Below are positions 57,714-64,000 of a DNA stretch of 64,000 bases, one piece after another. The DNA comes from an uncultured Gammaproteobacteria bacterium (GTDB lineage Bacteria; Patescibacteriota; Microgenomatia; CAYSOG01): NCBI GenBank assembly GCA_964432675.1, contig CAYSOG010000002.1, positions 6,975 through 70,974 on the forward strand, read 5' to 3'. Made by a program: the position numbers and the translations under genes. The notes beneath the pieces were generated by a model, which saw only the letters and a program-made list of their open reading frames with translations, was not told the DNA's origin and did not search any database. Within the stretch, counting starts at the first letter, position 1, and each line of letters opens with the position of its first letter.

Positions 57714-58919
57714 TTAAAACGACTGCGTGATCTTATAAATCGGCAAGATAATTGATAGGATCAAGAAACCAACACCGATACCTAATATCACCATAATAAT
57801 TGGCTCAAGAGCGACGGTTAAATTCTTAATCTTTTGTTCTGCTTCAACTTCATAGTAATGTGACAATTTTAGTAACACATCGCCTAATTTTCCGGTTTCC
57901 TCACCAGTTCGTACCATGAACTGAACAATTTTAGGGAAGTAGCTTTCATTCACAAGTGATTGGGCCAGTGTAAAGCCTTTTTCGACATTCTGAGCTGCAG
58001 CAGCGAATTCACGCTCATAGTAAACGCTCCCGCTTGTTTTTGAAACGATACGCAATGCCTCAATAATTGGCACACCCGATATGACAAGAAGGCCAAGTGT
58101 CCGCGTTACTTCGGTAAGGATATTGATTTTCCGTGACTGTCCGAATATTGGTACACGGAAATAAAGGGTATCCAAGACGTCTTTACCTAGCGCTGTATTT
58201 TTCCATTTCATGAAGGTAACAATGCCGAGTGCAATAAGTAAAATAATAAGCCACCACAATTTCACCGTAATATTTGAAATGCTAATTAATATGAGAGTAG
58301 GTAACGGCAATTGAGTCCCTAAATTTGAATAAATCGACGAAAGCTTTGGAATAACAAAAATCATCATAATAAACATCACAACAAACATGCCGGTCAGAAC
58401 AATTGCCGGGTAAATGAGGGCTCCTTTGGTTTTTGACCGGAATTCTTTTTGTTTCTCGAGCGTGTCGGCCAAGCGGGTAATAATCTGTTCTAACAAACCC
58501 GAGGCCTCACCTGCCCGAATTAAAGCAATGTACGTTGGGGAAAAGACGTGCGGAAACTTTTCGAATGCCTGCGATAAACTTTGGCCGCCTTGGACGTCAC
58601 GGTAAATGCTTTCGTACATTTCCTTAACTGAACGCTTGGTTGACTGTGACTGTAAAATTGTGAGCGACTCTGATATTGATAAACCTGATGTGACCATAAT
58701 GGCAAATTGCCGACTAAAGTTTAAAAGGTCAGTTTCAGTCACTCGGTCAAATAATTTAAATGCGCCTAAAAGACTTTTTTTCTCGCTTTGTTCAATTTTT
58801 ATAATGAAAAGTTTATGCTCCCGAAGTGTCGTTGCGACAGAACGCTCATCAGGCGCTTCCATTTCGCCGACTACAGGGCGACCCGTTGGGTCTTTTGCAG
58901 AGTAATGAAAATTAGGCAT
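57714..58919 (-). CDS. pilC: Type IV pilus platform protein PilC
   Basis: F.RQ, AGEASG.L, ALIYP, GEETG.L, LEPII. Confidence 0.93.
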   Translation of the reverse strand: MPNFHYSAKDPTGRPVVGEMEAPDERSVATTLREHKLFIIKIEQSEKKSLLGAFKLFDRVTETDLLNFSRQFAIMVTSGLSISESLTILQSQSTKRSVKEMYESIYRDVQGGQSLSQAFEKFPHVFSPTYIALIRAGEASGLLEQIITRLADTLEKQKEFRSKTKGALIYPAIVLTGMFVVMFIMMIFVIPKLSSIYSNLGTQLPLPTLILISISNITVKLWWLIILLIALGIVTFMKWKNTALGKDVLDTLYFRVPIFGQSRKINILTEVTRTLGLLVISGVPIIEALRIVSKTSGSVYYEREFAAAAQNVEKGFTLAQSLVNESYFPKIVQFMVRTGEETGKLGDVLLKLSHYYEVEAEQKIKNLTVALEPIIMVILGIGVGFLILSIILPIYKITQSF

Positions 58920-58933
58920 GGCGGTTGCTTATT

Positions 58934-60022
58934 TTATTGTTTATTTTCTCCCGGTTGGGTAAGGCTGCGGGTTCTAATTTGTCGCATTAAGTCTTCAGGA
59001 TATGGCGCGTACGCCTTCGCTGTTTCTAACGAAATCATGCCGTTTCGCACTAATTGGCCAAGTGATGCCTCGAGGGTGATCATCCCCATTTCGCCTGAGG
59101 TTTGGATAATATTACCAATTAGATGGCTTTTGCCTTCACGAATAACGTTTCTCACGGCTGGCGTGGCTATTAAGACTTCCGCCGCTAGCGCTCTGCCACC
59201 TTCAATTTGCGGAATTAACCGTTGAGAAATAACCCCTTCAAGCGTATTGGAAAGCTGCAAGCGGGCCTGTTCTTTGGCTTGCTCGGGGAAAACGTCAACA
59301 ATGCGGTCCATGGTTTGTGCCGCATTATTCGTGTGTAAGGTCGCTAACACTAAGTGGCCCGTTTCGGCAACGGTTAAGGCAGCAGAAATTGTTTCATAGT
59401 CACGCATTTCGCCAATGAAAACAACATCAGGATCCTCCCGCAATGCTGACCGCAGCGCTAAATCCCAAGAATGAGTATCAAAATGCATTTCGCGCTGGGA
59501 AACCAGGGCCTTGGCCTTCGGAAAAACATACTCAATAGGGTCTTCAATGGTTAAAATATGGACTGGCCGCTGCGTATTAATTTCATTCAAAATTGCCGCG
59601 ATTGTGGTGGATTTGCCATGGCCAGTTGGTCCTGAAACGACAACAAACCCTTGCTTCAAAGTTGCGAACGTATGTGCGATTTTCGGCAACTTTAGTTCAT
59701 CGATAGCCCGTATCATCATTGGCAAATAACGCAACGCAACTGCCATGTGGCCACGCTCATAATAGGCATTTACACGAAATCGTGCAGAGTCGCTATAAGT
59801 AAAGGAAAAATCAATTTCCTTATTAACCAGCAAAAGCTCATTCTGCTCTTGCGGCAAAATACTACTGAGCAAATGGTCGATTTCTTCGTCGGATAAAGCG
59901 GCTGTATTGGGCAGTTCACTTAGCATGCCGTCAATGCGAATCATTGGCGGCGTCCCAACCAGAAGATGCAAGTCGGAAGCATTTCGTTTTACTGTTTCGC
60001 TTAATAACTCATTGATTTCCAT
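58934..60022 (-). CDS. pilT: Type IV pilus retraction ATPase PilT
   Basis: ASDLHL, GPTGHGKSTT, TIEDPIEY, ALREDPDV, AETGHLV. Confidence 0.95.
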   Translation of the reverse strand: MEINELLSETVKRNASDLHLLVGTPPMIRIDGMLSELPNTAALSDEEIDHLLSSILPQEQNELLLVNKEIDFSFTYSDSARFRVNAYYERGHMAVALRYLPMMIRAIDELKLPKIAHTFATLKQGFVVVSGPTGHGKSTTIAAILNEINTQRPVHILTIEDPIEYVFPKAKALVSQREMHFDTHSWDLALRSALREDPDVVFIGEMRDYETISAALTVAETGHLVLATLHTNNAAQTMDRIVDVFPEQAKEQARLQLSNTLEGVISQRLIPQIEGGRALAAEVLIATPAVRNVIREGKSHLIGNIIQTSGEMGMITLEASLGQLVRNGMISLETAKAYAPYPEDLMRQIRTRSLTQPGENKQ

Positions 60023-60082
60023 ATGGACAGATGATCAATATTTATTGTTTACTTTGGAACCGTATAATAAAACAATCGCAAT

Positions 60083-61795
60083 TTAGTCTTGGGCTACCCG
60101 TAGAACTTCTTCAATTGTTGTAATGCCTTCCAAGGCTTTCATATACCCATCTTGTTTCATTGTTATCATGCCCTCAGCCTCTGCTTCTTTTTCTATTTCA
60201 TTCAGTGGTGCATGCTCTAATACCAGCTTAGCAAGTTGTTCGGAAATGGGCAATACTTCATAGATGCCAATTCGCCCTAAATAGCCAGTATTGTTGCAGT
60301 GGTTGCAGCCTTTACCCTTAACCAATGTTTTTTTGTCACTTGCATATAGTTTGCCTAAAACGTTTTTTATATCTGCCATTACGGGCTCGGGCGGCACAAA
60401 TTGTTCCCGACAATTTTCACAAACCCGCCGAACAACGCGCTGTGCTTCAACACAATTTACCGCGGAAGCGATCAAGAATGGTTCCGCACCCAAATCTAGT
60501 AGTCGTGGTAACGAGCCAGCAGCAGTATTAGTATGTAATGTTGAAAAGACCAAATGTCCCGTTAATGCCGCTTGAATAGCTAATTCCGTTGTTTCCTTAT
60601 CACGAATTTCGCCGACCATAATAATGTTTGGGTCTTGACGTAAAAATGATCGAAGGCCGTCGGCAAATGTTAAACCGACCTGTGAATTAATTTGGACCTG
60701 GTTGACACCGGGCATTTGGTATTCCACCGGGTCTTCCAATGTGACAATGTTCACGCGATCCGTATTTAACTGCGTAAGGATAGAATATAATGTTGTCGTT
60801 TTTCCGGAACCAGTTGGCCCGGTTATAAGAATAACGCCGTGTGGACGGAGCATTTGGGTTTGCAAATGCTTCAACGCCATACCGCGCAAACCTAAATCGG
60901 CCAATGTCGGTACGCCGCCCGTTTTTTTCAGCAACCGCATGACAATTTTTTCATTGTAGACCACGGGTAGGGTAGAAACACGCAAATCGATTTCTTCGTT
61001 TCCTACCTTAAAATTAAACCGGCCGTCTTGCGGTATCCTTTTTTCGTCGATCTTCATGCCCGAAAGAATTTTTATTCTTGAGACGATAGCATCATGGAGC
61101 GCTTTATGGAGCGACAATTTTTCTTGTAAGATGCCATCAATGCGGTACCGAACCCGGGTGCGGTCTTCAAGGGGTTCAATGTGGATATCGGAAGCCCGCA
61201 TTTTAATACCATATTCTAAAAGGGTAGATACGATTTGGGCGACTGGGGCATCGCGTTCAATTTTCAACTCTTTGGCAGTATCTTCAGCCGGCACGTTTTT
61301 CGCATTGCCGCCAGCCGCTTCTGAGCCAACTTCTTTGAGGGCTGCCGTTACCTCGGTTGTTAAACTTGAAGAATATTGTGCCTTGATTGCGGCTGCAATA
61401 TTTTCTGCAGATGCCATGTATGGCTTAATGCGTTTATTGCTTTTTCGCTCTAAAAACTCGATCAATTGCAAATCAAGCGGGTCTGCCATTGCAACCGATA
61501 ACCAAATGCCGTCCTTGCTCAGTTCAAACGGAACGGCACTATACTTTTCGGCAGTCGCCTGGGGTATAGTGGCTAATGCTTCTGCTGGAATTTGGTTCGT
61601 TAAGGTAATATAGGGAATGCCAAGCAGTTCAGCTTTCGCTTCAGACATGGCTTCTTCCGGCACAAGCTGGCGGCGCCGGATAATTTCCTCAACGCTATCA
61701 CCAGTATTAATGCTTTCGAGCCTAATCGACGAAAGTTGCTCTTGGGTAATGAGCTTCTTTTGTGCTAAGATTTCTTCTAAACTTCGTGTTGCCAT
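60083..61795 (-). CDS. pilB: Type IV pilus assembly ATPase PilB
   Basis: ASDIHIEP, PQDGR, GPTGSGKTTT, LRQDP, CENC/CNHC zinc motif. Confidence 0.95.
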   Translation of the reverse strand: MATRSLEEILAQKKLITQEQLSSIRLESINTGDSVEEIIRRRQLVPEEAMSEAKAELLGIPYITLTNQIPAEALATIPQATAEKYSAVPFELSKDGIWLSVAMADPLDLQLIEFLERKSNKRIKPYMASAENIAAAIKAQYSSSLTTEVTAALKEVGSEAAGGNAKNVPAEDTAKELKIERDAPVAQIVSTLLEYGIKMRASDIHIEPLEDRTRVRYRIDGILQEKLSLHKALHDAIVSRIKILSGMKIDEKRIPQDGRFNFKVGNEEIDLRVSTLPVVYNEKIVMRLLKKTGGVPTLADLGLRGMALKHLQTQMLRPHGVILITGPTGSGKTTTLYSILTQLNTDRVNIVTLEDPVEYQMPGVNQVQINSQVGLTFADGLRSFLRQDPNIIMVGEIRDKETTELAIQAALTGHLVFSTLHTNTAAGSLPRLLDLGAEPFLIASAVNCVEAQRVVRRVCENCREQFVPPEPVMADIKNVLGKLYASDKKTLVKGKGCNHCNNTGYLGRIGIYEVLPISEQLAKLVLEHAPLNEIEKEAEAEGMITMKQDGYMKALEGITTIEEVLRVAQD

Positions 61796-61934
61796 AGGAA
61801 CAAAAAAGGGATACGTGCCTCTTTTCTATTGTGCTGTGTCATGCTATAACTTGTCAATGGAGAGGATAATAGTAGAAATTAAAAAGTAAAATGGAATATT
61901 ACATACAAAAGACCAATATGTATTACTTTGTTGT

Positions 61935-62651
61935 ATGACCAAATCGTATCTTCTTATTTCAAACGATGATGGGTGGCTTCAAACGCAGACATTGCGCCTT
62001 GTATCGACAGATGAAAAGAGCGAGTGGGATAAGCTTGCCACAAACCCCGATACTTATTTTGTCCAAGCCAAAAAAACTATCGGTATAGACCATGTGCGAA
62101 ACTTAATCGCTGCGGTCTCTTTAAAACCGTACCAGGAACTACAAAGAGTTGCCATTATCGAAAATGCCCACCATCTTACTCAAGAGGCCCAAAATGCACT
62201 CCTCAAGCTGCTTGAAGAACCGCCTACCCAAACGACCATATTCTTATGGGCAAGTGATCAGACAATACTATTGCCAACGCTCGTTTCTCGATGTTTTGTC
62301 GTTTCTAATACAACGCCAACCGCAATACAAGCCACACCAGAAAACCAGGGCCACATCGAAGCGTTATTGCAGGATAGTTATGGGGAGCGACTGCTAGAAG
62401 CCAAAAAAATCCAGGCCGATGAAACAATGAGAGGGTCATTTATTGCAGATGCGTTATATTTTTTTCGTTCATTGCTCTTGTCTGACACAGCAATGCATCC
62501 AAATTTATCAAGGCCAAAAATTATACAGGCAATCGAAACGCTTTTACGGTTTGAAACACTTACCGCAAAACAAATTAATTCCCATTTTTTAATTGATTTA
62601 GTAGTCCTAAAACTACCAAGGCTACCGAAAAAAGACACCAACGCTCGTTGA
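61935..62651 (+). CDS. holB: DNA polymerase III delta-prime-like subunit (short form)
   Basis: IGIDHVR, AHHLTQEAQNALLKLLEEPP, LPTLVSRC. Confidence 0.8.
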   Translation: MTKSYLLISNDDGWLQTQTLRLVSTDEKSEWDKLATNPDTYFVQAKKTIGIDHVRNLIAAVSLKPYQELQRVAIIENAHHLTQEAQNALLKLLEEPPTQTTIFLWASDQTILLPTLVSRCFVVSNTTPTAIQATPENQGHIEALLQDSYGERLLEAKKIQADETMRGSFIADALYFFRSLLLSDTAMHPNLSRPKIIQAIETLLRFETLTAKQINSHFLIDLVVLKLPRLPKKDTNAR

Positions 62652-62683
62652 CGCACTGCCAGTCGATCTGCCTTAATAGGAGT

Positions 62684-63415
62684 ATGGCTGCCCAAACGCA
62701 CAATGCCTACAACCAATCGGGCTTTTCTCAATTACTTATTATCCTCGTTGTACTAGTTGCCCTCGTCGCAACAACCATTGCCATTCGACATACGCAAGAT
62801 TTGCATTCACAAGCCCAAGTTTTTCCCGCTACGGCACCATGCAAAGTTGAACCATGCACTGCCACTAATATGGATGATTCTCCCGGTTTTGTCTTTAACC
62901 TTGCCCTAACAGGGAAAGGCCAAGCCATTAACGACGGCGGTACAAGTGCCGATGCCTTTATCAGTAAAGTCAGGAAAAGTGGCCTTGGCAGCGGTATTAG
63001 TAATGATGACATCGCAGCAATCTACAATGTATCCCTAGCTGATATTAAAGTTAATCCTGTTTTACTGTTTGCCTTCTGGGGTACAGAGCAAGGCTTTAAC
63101 CCAGCAGCCAGGGATTATGCGTTTAGTTGCCAACCAGCGAGCCAACAAGAAAGTTGGCAAAAAAATTTCAATGTCCAATTACATTGTGCAGTCGACACCA
63201 TATCAACTGAAATGGACCACTTTGCTATTTACAAACAATTTAAGCATTATCCGGTGACAATGGACGATTATGCCAATCCAACAGGCAATACTTGTCTTTA
63301 TACCGATGCGACACTCTATGCGCTTGAAGTGTATGGCCCAATTTGTCACAAGCATGATAACAATGAGGCATTCCGGACAAATTTAACGAATTACTACCGG
63401 CAAATTACCCAGTAA
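62684..63415 (+). CDS. Membrane-anchored protein with possible lysozyme-like domain
   Basis: Pilin-like QSGFSQLLI TM; VNPVLLFAFWGTEQGF resembles the lysozyme-superfamily catalytic-Glu helix. Confidence 0.55.
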   Translation: MAAQTHNAYNQSGFSQLLIILVVLVALVATTIAIRHTQDLHSQAQVFPATAPCKVEPCTATNMDDSPGFVFNLALTGKGQAINDGGTSADAFISKVRKSGLGSGISNDDIAAIYNVSLADIKVNPVLLFAFWGTEQGFNPAARDYAFSCQPASQQESWQKNFNVQLHCAVDTISTEMDHFAIYKQFKHYPVTMDDYANPTGNTCLYTDATLYALEVYGPICHKHDNNEAFRTNLTNYYRQITQ

Positions 63416-63417
63416 TT

Positions 63418-64000
63418 ATGGAGACTAAAAAATCAAGCACAACAGGTAATATTACCCAAGCTGTCGTTATCCTTTTGGCTTTTATCATTGTTGGAGCCGT
63501 CGTTTTCGTTATTGGGACAAATAGGGTAAAAAGAAATCTAAACCCCTTGCAAAAGAAGACTACCGGTAGTCAGAAAATGGACTTGAATACTTTTCAAGCA
63601 AATTTCAGCAAAAACCTAATGGCAGTTAATCTTACCTTTGACAAAAATAAGATGCCAAACTTGACTATCAACCATATCACGAAACGAATTGGCTATATTG
63701 CGCCATATGTCAGTTATGCCAATGGTTATGAACTTGATGTATTAGATGGCCAAGGGAAGGTCATTGATAAACGACTATTTGTTGTCCCGAACCAAATATT
63801 ATATGACCAACCAAAAAGCACTGATGGTGGCGGCACTATTGAACTCACCCAAGAAACCTTTAATATCGACTTTCTCTACAAGGATAATGCTTCAACGCTT
63901 CGCTTAATTGGTCAAGACAAAAAAGTCATTATGAAAAAGCCTATTGGCAAACTTGCACAAGCCGAACTTTCGGATATGGTTGCAACACTTTTTGTACCAG
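63418..64000 (+). CDS. Membrane-anchored hypothetical protein, truncated at window end
   Basis: ATG 2 nt after the previous stop; TM AVVILFGFIIVGAVVFVIG; frame open to the end. Confidence 0.7.
   Translation, partial: METKKSSTTGNITQAVVILLAFIIVGAVVFVIGTNRVKRNLNPLQKKTTGSQKMDLNTFQANFSKNLMAVNLTFDKNKMPNLTINHITKRIGYIAPYVSYANGYELDVLDGQGKVIDKRLFVVPNQILYDQPKSTDGGGTIELTQETFNIDFLYKDNASTLRLIGQDKKVIMKKPIGKLAQAELSDMVATLFVP

Noticed and set aside
1-64000. CRISPR array, IS element or prophage
   Set aside because: No regularly spaced repeats, cas, transposase, integrase or phage structural genes recognised

Overview
A roughly 43% GC (visual estimate) bacterial chromosome segment that looks like Patescibacteria/CPR, probably Microgenomates. 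That call is inferred from the streamlined ThrRS and PheT, an archaeal-type TyrRS with a C1-G72 tRNA-Tyr, DUF5665, and the large type IV pilin cluster. Core genes: thrS-infC(ATT start)-rpmI-rplT, pheST, a class A PBP, tyrS, yidD, recG, rpmF-nusB-rnc, rpsP-khpA-trmD, a holB-like gene, tRNA-Val(GAC), tRNA-Tyr(GTA), and a minus-strand type IV pilus locus (pilB-pilT-pilC, nine pilin-like genes, pilD, pilM-N-O). Small accessory cassettes, many of them tandem paralogs, lie between these. The most striking items are: (1) three S-adenosylmethionine decarboxylase homologs that all have Gly in place of the pyruvoyl-forming Ser and lack the catalytic Cys, flanking an uncharacterised N-terminal-Cys protein; (2) an array of three lipoproteins with a fixed 8-Cys scaffold and highly variable loops on a constant KPVIYLYP domain, interleaved with two PsbP-like proteins; (3) a CslA/BcsA-like GT2 synthase fused to GH26, next to a second GH26; (4) two stand-alone ClpC N-domain proteins; (5) a tRNA-Tyr whose flanks extend the acceptor stem by a perfect 13-bp helix. 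No CRISPR array, integrase, transposase or reverse transcriptase was seen. All family calls come from motif recognition by eye, not database searches.
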